From: a virus
Taxonomy: Duplodnaviria; Caudoviricetes
DNA length: 64,000 nt
IMG/VR virus record: IMGVR_UViG_3300006115_001097
Location: 1,223-65,222 of that record
Direction: 5' to 3' (one strand)
A model generated the notes under the pieces. It ran no database searches and was not told the DNA's origin. It worked only from the letters and a program-made list of their open reading frames with translations. Positions 1 to 9,362 of the stretch are shown here, one piece after another (within the stretch, counting starts at the first letter, position 1; each line of letters opens with the position of its first letter). The position numbers and the translations under genes were made by a program.

Positions 1-582
1 CAACCAGCACTACGTAACCTAATGGAAGACTACAGTCAAAATGTACGTTTTATATTGACTTGTAATTATCCCAACAAGATATTACCACCAATACACAGTA
101 GATGTCAAGGTTTTCATATTGACAAAAGCGATACTACAGAATTTACAGCAAGAGCCGCAACTGTTTTAGTAACAGAAGGCATAGAATTTGACTTGGATGT
201 ACTAGACACGTATGTCAAAGCCACATATCCAGACTTGCGTAAATGCCTAAACCTTTTGCAGAAAAATTCAACCAGTGGCACCTTAATTAATCCAGGAGAT
301 AGTGATATGGCCGTTAAAGATTGGAAACTTGATAGTGTAGCGTTATTTAAATCTGGCAAGATTCGTGAAGCACGTACTTTAATTTGTAGTCAAGCAGCTA
401 CAGAAGACATGGATGGAATGTTTCGCTGGATGTATGACAATTTAGATCTTTGGAGCAAAACACAAGAAGGACAAGACGAGGCTATATTAGCGATACGCAA
501 AGGACTTGTAAACCATGCCATGGTAGCAGATGCTGAAATTAATCTTTCAGCCACATTAGTAGAATTAACACAAATAGCATAA
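1..582 (+). CDS. Clamp loader small subunit (RFC/gp44-like AAA+), 5' truncated by the window edge
   Basis: Frame is open from base 1 (QPALRNLMEDYS); FILTCNY and SRC motifs are typical of RFC/gp44. Confidence 0.9.
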   Translation, partial: QPALRNLMEDYSQNVRFILTCNYPNKILPPIHSRCQGFHIDKSDTTEFTARAATVLVTEGIEFDLDVLDTYVKATYPDLRKCLNLLQKNSTSGTLINPGDSDMAVKDWKLDSVALFKSGKIREARTLICSQAATEDMDGMFRWMYDNLDLWSKTQEGQDEAILAIRKGLVNHAMVADAEINLSATLVELTQIA

Positions 583-977
583 TGAAAATTAAAGACTTAC
601 ACTTGTTGGCATTTTATGTAATCAAACCAAAAGATCCCAAAATGACACATATAAGGGGCTACATGAGTGACCCTAACAATCATCAGTACGATGAGCGTAT
701 TGAGTTTACCAAAGGATTGAAGCCAAACGACCACAGTTATGCCGGTGTAGTATTAAATCTTAGTAAGAAAACTATTGTTAAAAATCGTTTTAATGCTTAT
801 GATGGTGACTTTGATAAATTGTTCAAATACTTTTTAGAAGCATACCCACAATATGTTATCAATGTAATGGCACAATTGGATTTACCTTATCTTGAACAGT
901 TTATTCCCAAAGAAGAACCTGTTACAAATGTAATAGACGCAGAGGTACAGACTGTTGAGCCAGCCGCTACCGAGTAA
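582..977 (+). CDS. Hypothetical protein
   Basis: 131-aa ORF coupled to the upstream stop (TAATG). Confidence 0.75.
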   Translation: MKIKDLHLLAFYVIKPKDPKMTHIRGYMSDPNNHQYDERIEFTKGLKPNDHSYAGVVLNLSKKTIVKNRFNAYDGDFDKLFKYFLEAYPQYVINVMAQLDLPYLEQFIPKEEPVTNVIDAEVQTVEPAATE

Positions 978-2112
978 AACTTTTTGCATCCTTCCTTGGG
1001 TGCATTTCTTTCATGAGCCCAATGGCGAATTTAGTCCCTGTTGTAGTGCAAATAAGCAAGTAGTCTCGTTTGGAAACATACGAGACTATTCTACTGCTCA
1101 AGAAATAATTAACTCGCCTGATATGAAAGCAGTGCGTGAGCAAATGCTAAAAGGAGAAGAACCACTAGCATGTGCCAATTGCTATCGCCAAGAACGTGTT
1201 GGCGCAGAAAGTTTTAGAATTAGTAAAAATTACAATATATCAGAAAGTAATTTAGACTGGTTGCTTGCCTCTACTGATAGTGATGGCACTTTACACAATT
1301 TTAAAATGCAATATTGGGATGCTAGGTTCAGTAATGTATGTAATTTAAAATGTCGTATGTGTGGGCCCGGATATAGTCATACTTGGGCCCAAGAATTAAA
1401 CACCAAAGTAAATGGCAGTTACATAATACAAGCACACGATACTGATGTGTGGAGTGATATTATTGCCAAGTACGGCGACCTAAGTGAGTTAAAAGAAGTT
1501 TACTTTGCTGGCGGAGAAGTATTTTTTCAACAAGAACATTGGCAGATGTTAGAACATTTAAAGCAGTTGGGTATGAGAGATATTAGGCTTACATACGTAA
1601 CAAATTTGACTCGTTTAAGCATGGGAACGTACAGAATACAAGACTATTTGGCATATTTTACCAACGTATTGTTCATAGTAAGCATGGATGGCATAGATTC
1701 TGTATTTGAGTATATTCGAAGCGGTGGCGATTGGAAACGGTTTGTTGCCAACCTTGAGGTCATAAAACAATACCCTGTACGTATTAGATTTAACATTGTT
1801 GTAACCATTTACAATATATTGTCATTAAATCAAGTATTTGATTTTATTGACTCCAATGGCTTTGACAAATATGATCTAAGCATAGCAAACTATCCCGAAG
1901 ATCAAAATATTGTTAACTTACCACAAGAGCTCAAAATTCTTGCAACACAAAGGTTAACAAAATATCCACGTGCCCAGTCAGTGATTAATTACATGAATCA
2001 ACCAGCAATAGTTGCATGGGACAAAGTCGTTAGTCAAACAACACAATTGGATCAAACAAGGAAAGAAAGTATTTTAAAGATTATTCCCGAATTCACACCT
2101 TATTGGAAATAA
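955..2112 (+). CDS. Radical SAM protein with an N-terminal SPASM/twitch-like Cys domain
   Basis: CNLKCRMC (CxxxCxxC), YFAGGE, N-terminal C..PW...PCC...CANC. Confidence 0.85.
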   Translation: MSQPLPSKTFCILPWVHFFHEPNGEFSPCCSANKQVVSFGNIRDYSTAQEIINSPDMKAVREQMLKGEEPLACANCYRQERVGAESFRISKNYNISESNLDWLLASTDSDGTLHNFKMQYWDARFSNVCNLKCRMCGPGYSHTWAQELNTKVNGSYIIQAHDTDVWSDIIAKYGDLSELKEVYFAGGEVFFQQEHWQMLEHLKQLGMRDIRLTYVTNLTRLSMGTYRIQDYLAYFTNVLFIVSMDGIDSVFEYIRSGGDWKRFVANLEVIKQYPVRIRFNIVVTIYNILSLNQVFDFIDSNGFDKYDLSIANYPEDQNIVNLPQELKILATQRLTKYPRAQSVINYMNQPAIVAWDKVVSQTTQLDQTRKESILKIIPEFTPYWK

Positions 2113-2357
2113 ATATGAGTATGTTAGACATGTACAAAATTAAAAAGAAGAGAGCAGTAGATCCCAATGCTCCTCCCCGTCCCAATTTGCTCAGTCACGA
2201 AAAAGTTCTTAAAGATGTCAAACTCTCTAACGACCAACGTGATCAGGAAATAGCACAATTAAAACATCAAGTCCGTGAACTTGAATCAAAACTTAGAAAT
2301 CAAACAATATATCTAAGCGAGTTACACAATACTGTTACTCGTTTGAGCCGCAAGTAA
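2103..2357 (+). CDS. Small coiled-coil hypothetical protein
   Basis: 84-aa ORF with a heptad-rich C-terminus; the start may be 2115. Confidence 0.65.
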   Translation: MEINMSMLDMYKIKKKRAVDPNAPPRPNLLSHEKVLKDVKLSNDQRDQEIAQLKHQVRELESKLRNQTIYLSELHNTVTRLSRK

Positions 2358-3366
2358 CGTTACACATATAGTTCTTGCCATTTTGCACAGTATCTATTGC
2401 CCAGGTCTTTTCCAATTCCCAAAACCACTTGATTGCCGCTTCAATACCTACTCCCAGTGCATTGTTGTTGCCCATTATATTACGAGTTTGTTCTACACCT
2501 AATGGTATCTTGTTAGTTCTTGGAGCATTGCCTAACCAACAACAAGGGAACACTTCGCCATTGCTTTGTACATAAATTGCCGCAGGCTTTTTGACTTTGC
2601 AAGTGATCTTTTTAAAACTCTCGGTCTTGTCATACCGTGTACGTTGAAAAACTAAATCGTGTTCGCCATGCTCACGCAACCACTGTCGTGTTTCTAGTAT
2701 ACTGGAATAATCTCGTATGTCAGGATCGGGTGTGCCAATACTATGTGTGTACACACCTTCTCGGTTAAACACAACTGTATTATTTCTTCCATGATCAATT
2801 AATTCAAAATGTTTAAATCCCAAAACAATACTCATTTGCTTTGCTGCTTCAATTTGATGTAGATTAAAGTCAAATTTGATCATAGCCCAAGTTGCATTAC
2901 CTCCAGCAGAAATAAATCGTTTAGCATTGCTGATGATCAAATCAAAGTCGGTGTACTGTCGATACAATTGATGCGTGTCCTGTAATCCATCAAGCCTAAA
3001 TTTCACTGTTCGCAATTGCGGTATCCGTGCAAGTGGTTCCCATATTTTTGGTTGTCCACTGGCATTAGTACTGATTTCTATGTTGAGATCGGGATTGGTG
3101 TTGGCAAAGTAATTGACAATCTTTAAACCGTCACGACAAGTTATGAAGTCACCGTGATTGCCGTTTATGTTGATGTTTTTGATTTGTGTCAAAAACTCCG
3201 GGGGAAATATTTTTTGTGCTTCTGCAAGCGTCATGTCATGGACAACATAATCTCCATGATCTTCAATATCTCCGCCCCTGAGGTTTCTAGGACACTCAGG
3301 GCACGAAGCATTACAACGACTACTTATTTCTAAGTGAACATTTTCGATATCATTGTATTTGAACAT
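2335..3366 (-). CDS. Radical SAM protein with a C-terminal SPASM/twitch-like region
   Basis: CNASCPEC, GNHGD, STNA, GEVFPCCW; minus-strand TAAATA just upstream. Confidence 0.85.
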   Translation of the reverse strand: MFKYNDIENVHLEISSRCNASCPECPRNLRGGDIEDHGDYVVHDMTLAEAQKIFPPEFLTQIKNININGNHGDFITCRDGLKIVNYFANTNPDLNIEISTNASGQPKIWEPLARIPQLRTVKFRLDGLQDTHQLYRQYTDFDLIISNAKRFISAGGNATWAMIKFDFNLHQIEAAKQMSIVLGFKHFELIDHGRNNTVVFNREGVYTHSIGTPDPDIRDYSSILETRQWLREHGEHDLVFQRTRYDKTESFKKITCKVKKPAAIYVQSNGEVFPCCWLGNAPRTNKIPLGVEQTRNIMGNNNALGVGIEAAIKWFWELEKTWAIDTVQNGKNYMCNVTCGSNE

Positions 3367-3380
3367 TCAATATTTATAGG

Positions 3381-4142
3381 CTATATCTCCCCATAAATTT
3401 TAAGTATCTCTACTACCGCAGCATGTCGGTGTATATCACGACCCGCGAATTCAACTCCTGCGACATAGCGACTATTTTTGTATTGGCTGACCAAACGTTT
3501 GAAGTCAATTAATCCGTTGTTGTTTTCTTTGCGGTCCGCTTGTTGCGTGTCACCTGTTACCACCATTTTACTTCCATCACCTAAGCGAGTTAACAGCATT
3601 TTCATTTGACTTGGTGTGGCATTCTGCATTTCGTCAGCAATGATCCACGATTGTTTAAATGTCCGTCCACGCATAAATGCTAGGGGAGAAACCTCAATTA
3701 CTTGTTCATCTAGCATTTTAGTAATGTCAGCTGGGCGGTAATACTCAGCAAACACATCCATAATGGGTCTTGTCCAGGGGGCCATTTTTTCATTTAGCGT
3801 TCCGGGCAAGAATCCATGTTGTTCATCATCTACTCCCACTGCTGGGCGAGTAATCACAATCTTTTTGCAATCACCTTCTTGGTAGGCTTTGATAGCGGCC
3901 ATAACTGCCAGCATTGTTTTACCTGTACCTGCAGGACCTGTTGCAAATATAATCAGTTTCTGGGGATTGGTTAATAAATCAATGTAGTTCTCTTGATTTA
4001 AACTTTTGGGTTTTAATTCTACACGTCGACTACGTTGCACGAATTCCTCGGTTACTACACGTAGATCGGGCTGGGCATGTCTTTTTTGTTTGGGTTGTTG
4101 ATACTGAACGGTTTCTACTAATCGATTTCTGCGTTTGGACAA
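3381..4142 (-). CDS. phoH: PhoH-family ATPase
   Basis: GPAGTGKT, RPAV, GFLPG, RGRTF, DEMQN and GDTQQ motifs; start moved to TTG at 4142 behind an AGGAGG RBS (the ORF track starts at 4178). Confidence 0.95.
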   Translation of the reverse strand: MSKRRNRLVETVQYQQPKQKRHAQPDLRVVTEEFVQRSRRVELKPKSLNQENYIDLLTNPQKLIIFATGPAGTGKTMLAVMAAIKAYQEGDCKKIVITRPAVGVDDEQHGFLPGTLNEKMAPWTRPIMDVFAEYYRPADITKMLDEQVIEVSPLAFMRGRTFKQSWIIADEMQNATPSQMKMLLTRLGDGSKMVVTGDTQQADRKENNNGLIDFKRLVSQYKNSRYVAGVEFAGRDIHRHAAVVEILKIYGEI

Positions 4143-4284
4143 GTGTACCTCCTTGGGATTGATGTCATCATGTTCCATACTGTATTGCGAACAACTGTAT
4201 GTTCACGCAAGTATTTAAGAGCCGTCCCAAAAAGGTTTACGTAGTGTTAATAAAATTTCAATCAGTCATAAGTATTAGACTGCA

Positions 4285-5010
4285 CTATAATTTTTCATAT
4301 ACAAAATATAATCTATCATTAGCGTCTTGTTTGTATTTTAGTAACTTTAGATTATATTGCTCAGCAAATGCACTTACTATCTCAAAGCTCCAAGGGAATA
4401 TTTCAACATAAGGTCCATTCTTGTGAGTTATTCCGGGATTGGCACGTAAGTAAAACTTTCCCCCAGGCAATAACAAATTAACGCAATGTTCAAATCGTTT
4501 GGCAATATCCTCTGAGTTGCCAAAGTTAATCGATCCCAATGCAATAATATGATCGTATTTTTGATTTACTCGGTAATCCAATATATCAACTTCGAAGTCA
4601 GCACAATTATTGTAGGGGTCAATTCCTACTAGATTTTGTATGCGTCCTTTAAACGGATGATAGCCGCAGCCCACATCCAGTACTGCCCGCGGATTTTGAC
4701 TGTTGATTTCTTCGGCTAATTGGAATCCAGTGTAATCATAATCATTGGTTCTTGGCTTCCATATTTCACTGAAAAAACGCAAGATGTATCGCTCGCTTAA
4801 ATCATCAACAATACTGCGTAGGGTGCCAACATAGTCACTGGGTAGGCCAAGTTCTGATTCTACTGCATCTCGAAATTTGCGGTAGCGTGCCGGAGTCCAA
4901 GGTAGTGCATCCACTTGAGTTGTTTCGTCTATAACAATTGTGGCGTATTTGGGCAAATTAAAGGCAATGTGTAAATTTTCTTTAATCAAGTTAAAAATTT
5001 TAGTATTCAT
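4285..5010 (-). CDS. Class I SAM-dependent methyltransferase with an N-terminal ACP-like extension
   Basis: VLDVGCG motif I, GIDP, DHIIALGSINF, LLPGGKFY. Confidence 0.8.
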   Translation of the reverse strand: MNTKIFNLIKENLHIAFNLPKYATIVIDETTQVDALPWTPARYRKFRDAVESELGLPSDYVGTLRSIVDDLSERYILRFFSEIWKPRTNDYDYTGFQLAEEINSQNPRAVLDVGCGYHPFKGRIQNLVGIDPYNNCADFEVDILDYRVNQKYDHIIALGSINFGNSEDIAKRFEHCVNLLLPGGKFYLRANPGITHKNGPYVEIFPWSFEIVSAFAEQYNLKLLKYKQDANDRLYFVYEKL

Positions 5011-5011
5011 A

Positions 5012-5070
5012 TAAATAATTTTGTTAAAACGTAAAATTTTTACGTATCGTTGATTTTCTATAAGTATTTA
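5012..5070. promoter_or_regulatory. Divergent pair of T4-like late promoters (TAAATA on + at 5012-5017 and on - at 5065-5070)
   Basis: Core motif points into both divergent operons; the same motif recurs before many genes (e.g. 9228, 13576, 22057, 23626, 25460, 55245). Confidence 0.65.
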
Positions 5071-5086
5071 CAACAAAGGACCTCTA

Positions 5087-6061
5087 ATGAAAAAATTATT
5101 AGCCATTCTAGCACTAGTTCCCGTTTTGGCGTTTGCATGGGAACCCACCAAGACTGTCACAGTCGTTATAGGCAATACTCCAGGAGCAGGTAACGAGATA
5201 GCATTTCGCAAACTGGCCGAAATCGTGCAACGAACTGACCCCAAGTTTGTGTACGTGGTACAAAACATTCCCGGAGCAGACAGTGTTGTTGCCAATAACC
5301 GATTCTTGGATGTTGCACCTGACGGTTATACCATCAACTTACCCAGTCACATGAGCAGTTATGTTACTAATGACATTTGGGAAAAGTCAATCAAAAAATA
5401 CAACTACGATAGTTTTGTTGATGTGCTGACCATTGGCAAGAGTCCGCTGGCCTTGGTTGCAAGTCCTCGTAGCACAACAAATACTCCCGAGCAATTTATC
5501 AGTTTAATACATACTACAACTGTGCCAATTAGCATAGCAGTGGGTGGTGGTGCACATCGTACTGCATTTGAGTACTTGATGATGAAGGGACATGGTAACG
5601 CTGATTTAGTCAAGCCAATTAAATTTAACGGACCTGCACCAGCAGTACAAAGTGTAGCACAGTATGATGGCAAGGTGGGCACCGAGTTTGGTATCATGCC
5701 CATAGCAGTGGCCAAGCCTTTAGTGGAAGCAGGTAGAGTCAAGATAATTGGCTTTACTGGCACACGTCGTATGCCACAGTTTCCCACAGTGCCTTTGTTG
5801 CGTGATGTAGCACCTGGCATCAATGTATATGCCGCATGGGCAATTGAACTACCACCAAACACACCACAAGATGTAGTTGAATGGTATCAACGAGCGTTCA
5901 GTGCAGCAATACGTAGCGAAGAATATCGCGAGTGGTGTGCAGGACAAGTTGTGTTCTATGAGGAAAGCGAACTAACTCCTGCAGGGTTGCGTAAACATAT
6001 GGATGAATTACGCAAGACATTTTTACCTGTATTGGAAAAATTAGATTTAAGTAAAGAATGA
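5087..6061 (+). CDS. tctC: Tripartite tricarboxylate transporter substrate-binding protein (Bug/TctC family) with signal peptide
   Basis: Signal peptide MKKLLAILALVPVLAFA; GNTPGAGNE, NIPGA, PDGYT and P.VP motifs. Confidence 0.85.
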   Translation: MKKLLAILALVPVLAFAWEPTKTVTVVIGNTPGAGNEIAFRKLAEIVQRTDPKFVYVVQNIPGADSVVANNRFLDVAPDGYTINLPSHMSSYVTNDIWEKSIKKYNYDSFVDVLTIGKSPLALVASPRSTTNTPEQFISLIHTTTVPISIAVGGGAHRTAFEYLMMKGHGNADLVKPIKFNGPAPAVQSVAQYDGKVGTEFGIMPIAVAKPLVEAGRVKIIGFTGTRRMPQFPTVPLLRDVAPGINVYAAWAIELPPNTPQDVVEWYQRAFSAAIRSEEYREWCAGQVVFYEESELTPAGLRKHMDELRKTFLPVLEKLDLSKE

Positions 6062-6690
6062 AATATATTTTTATAGCTGGAGCTCCAGGTTCAAAATGGA
6101 GCAGTATAGCAAAAAACATTTATTACAGTCCCGACATTGATCGCAGTGACTATCGTGATGAATGGACTTACTATCACGATGCCAGTGGCAAAATGGATTT
6201 GATGCACTTGGGCGCTTACTTTGATCCGGGTATGGAATGTGACTTGCCCGAAGCAGTGGATTTCCATGGTCGGGCCAGCTTAGAAGCAATATTTGATGCG
6301 CCCTTTACTAAACAAGATAATGGTATACGTATTATCAAAAGTCATGTGTTTTGCAACCACATAGATTTTTTACGTCGGACTTGGCCTGAATGTCCTGTGG
6401 TGTTGGTACATCGCGGTGATGATGCTTGTTTGGGTTGGTGGGTCAAATGCGGACACTTTAATATCACATATCCCTTATATAATAAGTACTATATTGATTT
6501 AGCTACAATGGCCAAAAAGATACAACAACAGAATACAAATCTAGTAGAGTCTTGGAGCAAACACACAAGTTGGATGGATAGTGTAGGAACAAATAGAGAT
6601 TTAGCTAGAGCATTGGGCATTGCACCGCCGCCTGATGAATACCAGCAACATTATGTAGAAAACGATATAGACGTAAGGGTAATAAAATGA
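6058..6690 (+). CDS. P-loop/sulfotransferase-like protein
   Basis: N-terminal IFIAGAPGSKWSS, IIKSH, VVLVHR. Confidence 0.55.
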   Translation: MKYIFIAGAPGSKWSSIAKNIYYSPDIDRSDYRDEWTYYHDASGKMDLMHLGAYFDPGMECDLPEAVDFHGRASLEAIFDAPFTKQDNGIRIIKSHVFCNHIDFLRRTWPECPVVLVHRGDDACLGWWVKCGHFNITYPLYNKYYIDLATMAKKIQQQNTNLVESWSKHTSWMDSVGTNRDLARALGIAPPPDEYQQHYVENDIDVRVIK

Positions 6691-7358
6691 AAAAAGAAAG
6701 CAGTTTTGACAAATTAAAGAAAGTAAGTAACTATCATTTTGATCCAACCCGGGTCGATAAGAAACAAGATGTGTACTTTGAATTGGGCCGAGTCGACACA
6801 GACTTCTCACGTGAGGTTCGAAAGATTGTTGCAGATTCAAAACCCGCAAATTGGGAAACACGTGGGTTTAAAGGTGAGGGTGTGGATGTTCCCCGTCCCG
6901 AACTAGTAGATGAAGAATATGATCTAGAACGTGTGGGCATTGATCCCAAAGTTGTCATAACAAACTTGGCGTGGAAACTGCCTAAAAAATTACAAGCCAT
7001 CAGTGATGCGTTTGGTTTAGAAGATAACATGGCACGTATTCATGTGCAACAACCTGGACAACTTTGGCACCTGCACATTGACAAACTATACAAGTGGTTC
7101 CCTGAACATCCAGAAAAAGTTGGTAGATACTTTATTGCATTGACTGACTGGCAACAGGGACAGTTTTGGAGTTATGGGAATTACACACATACCCAATGGC
7201 GTGCCGGAGATGTGCATACATTTGATTGGCGTAATATTCCTCACTCAACTGCCAATGCCGGATTCCATCCTCGAGTTACTCTACAATTAACTGGTATCAT
7301 TACAGACAACACCAAAGCATTCTTGAAAGAACTCAAGCGAATACCAATGGCGCTATGA
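6687..7358 (+). CDS. Cupin/2OG-Fe(II) oxygenase-like protein (Asp/Asn beta-hydroxylase-like)
   Basis: QPGQLWHLHID (HxD), W.AGDV..FD...PHSTANAG...RVTLQ.TG. Confidence 0.7.
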   Translation: MKKESSFDKLKKVSNYHFDPTRVDKKQDVYFELGRVDTDFSREVRKIVADSKPANWETRGFKGEGVDVPRPELVDEEYDLERVGIDPKVVITNLAWKLPKKLQAISDAFGLEDNMARIHVQQPGQLWHLHIDKLYKWFPEHPEKVGRYFIALTDWQQGQFWSYGNYTHTQWRAGDVHTFDWRNIPHSTANAGFHPRVTLQLTGIITDNTKAFLKELKRIPMAL

Positions 7359-8005
7359 AACGTTTACTAATAATAACTGGACCTCAAGGATCAGGAAATC
7401 ATTTGTTTAGTAGAGTGTTAAGTATGCATCCCAATGTTGCTGGTTGGGATGAAATGCTCTCTAACTATTGGGTGCCTAGTGATCAAGAACCCTTTGCTGA
7501 ATATTGGGTCAGTCCAGAAAAACTAGAAGCCAGTCACTTTGATGGCCAAGACTATCATCTTGCTAACGTAAGTTGTCCATTCTTTTTTGATGGAGTGCGC
7601 TATGTTCCCAAGATTGTAGAGGTTGCAGAACGTGCAAAGAGCTTTGGAGTTGATGTGCAAGTGGCCATTATTGTACGTGATCAAAACATTAATCAAGTGC
7701 AACAGATGCGTGTACGTAAACAACACACAACACCTATTGCACAAGAATACTACTACAATACCTTGATACCCAGTGGGCTTCCTGTACATTTTTTAGACCA
7801 TGAGGCATTTTTCCTACATAGAGAACACTATATGAGTTGGGTGGGAAAGATAACAAATTTTCCTGTTGAAACAGATAGAGACAAATTGTCTGCATTTATT
7901 ACTGAGGATGCCAATCACAAATATGTCAAATACATCGACAAGCATTGGCTTGACGAATACGTACTTGCTGGATGTCAGCCAACACGTGATTCTAGACTAG
8001 GTTGA
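7355..8005 (+). CDS. P-loop/sulfotransferase-like protein
   Basis: LLIITGPQGSGNHLFSRVL, IIVRD. Confidence 0.55.
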   Translation: MKRLLIITGPQGSGNHLFSRVLSMHPNVAGWDEMLSNYWVPSDQEPFAEYWVSPEKLEASHFDGQDYHLANVSCPFFFDGVRYVPKIVEVAERAKSFGVDVQVAIIVRDQNINQVQQMRVRKQHTTPIAQEYYYNTLIPSGLPVHFLDHEAFFLHREHYMSWVGKITNFPVETDRDKLSAFITEDANHKYVKYIDKHWLDEYVLAGCQPTRDSRLG

Positions 8006-8030
8006 CTTTGTTATATAATTAGTTTATAAT
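8002..8030 (+). promoter_or_regulatory. Sigma70-type promoter
   Basis: TTGACT-17 bp-TATAAT. Confidence 0.8.
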
Positions 8031-8036
8031 CTAAAA

Positions 8037-9218
8037 ATGATTACTCACAATAACCCTAAACTAGGCGTTTATACCGTTGGCGAAAAAACTTTTTATTCTA
8101 AACCATTGGCCTTAATCGAGGCTACTAAAACAGGAAATTTCCCACTGTGGAATTTTAATAATGATATTTTCAGTAAGGTTAATTGGCAGCAAGAACCCGA
8201 CAGTAATTTAGATGAGTTGTACCGTATACGGGCCCAACAACTGCGAGACAAGTATGATTACATACGAATGGAATTTAGCGGTGGAAGTGACAGTGCTGTA
8301 GCTCTTTACAGTTTTGTAAAAAACGGAATACATATTGATGAAGTTACTGTTAGATATCCTAAACAAGGCGAAAAAGATGTCAGTGCCGATCCATTTAATC
8401 ATAAGCCAGAAAATACACTAAGTGAATTTAAATTTGCAGCAGAGCCTGCACTAAAATGGTTAGCCATACATTCTCCTAAAACAAAAATAGTCATTCATGA
8501 TTATTCTGAAAATATGGTAAGCTCATATTATGATGAAACTTGGGTTTTTAATTCGAAAGATTATTTTCAGCCAGGACATGCATTTAAACATGATCCACTA
8601 GGATATCAAGAGCACCGCAAATTAGCAGATAGTGGGAAAAAAATTTGCATTCTATATGGCATTGATAAACCCAAAATTTGTATCAAGGATAAAAAATGGT
8701 ATTTGTATTTTATTGATGTGATTGCCAATCATAGTGTTAGTAAATTTGATGAATACAACAACATGAACATTGAGTATTTTTTCTGGTCGGCAGAGTTGCC
8801 AGAACTAGTGCACAAACAAGCATGGGTAATTACCTCGTGGTTTAATTTGCCATCAAATAAACACGCACAGTACCTATGCCGATGGCCAAATTACAGTTAT
8901 ACCCAAAGAACTGCATACGAACATCTAATTAAACCATTGATATACCCCGACTATGACCCAACAACATTCCAAACCAACAAACCCAGCAATAGCTTTTATA
9001 ATGAAATGGACCATTGGTTTTATACAAACTTTCAAAATACCAAACAGTATCAACGGTGGACTGCAGGATTACAACTATTAATTGATAAAATTGATCCTAA
9101 ATTTTTCAACTATGAAATGTCTAAACCAGTAGGATTTGTTGGCTTTTTAAGTCCGTTTTATTATCTTGGGGAGGCAGATTTTGTAGATTCGGGTATTAAT
9201 ATACATAATCGATTTTAA
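8037..9218 (+). CDS. PP-loop (adenine nucleotide alpha-hydrolase) ATPase, paralog A
   Basis: FSGGSDS PP-loop; clear paralog of 12270-13535. Confidence 0.7.
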   Translation: MITHNNPKLGVYTVGEKTFYSKPLALIEATKTGNFPLWNFNNDIFSKVNWQQEPDSNLDELYRIRAQQLRDKYDYIRMEFSGGSDSAVALYSFVKNGIHIDEVTVRYPKQGEKDVSADPFNHKPENTLSEFKFAAEPALKWLAIHSPKTKIVIHDYSENMVSSYYDETWVFNSKDYFQPGHAFKHDPLGYQEHRKLADSGKKICILYGIDKPKICIKDKKWYLYFIDVIANHSVSKFDEYNNMNIEYFFWSAELPELVHKQAWVITSWFNLPSNKHAQYLCRWPNYSYTQRTAYEHLIKPLIYPDYDPTTFQTNKPSNSFYNEMDHWFYTNFQNTKQYQRWTAGLQLLIDKIDPKFFNYEMSKPVGFVGFLSPFYYLGEADFVDSGINIHNRF

Positions 9219-9238
9219 TCAATTTGCTAAATAACTAT

Positions 9239-9340
9239 AGCAACGCCGGATTCCCCGACGTCGGATTCAAAGGACGCCTAGAGACTTACTCTTTTACTGA
9301 CACTATCAGAACGCCCACCGTAGCATTTTATGCAAGCTAT
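9239..9340 (+). ncRNA. Candidate structured 5' leader upstream of dctP
   Basis: GC-rich island after a TAAATA promoter, with several short hairpins and repeated ACGCC and GGATTC words. Confidence 0.35.
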
Positions 9341-9362
9341 AAAAATTACAAAGGAACAACAA

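Noticed and set aside
9241-9320. tRNA (GGATTCAAA resembles a T-loop)
   Set aside because: No acceptor stem or cloverleaf can be built; I found no tRNA anywhere in the window
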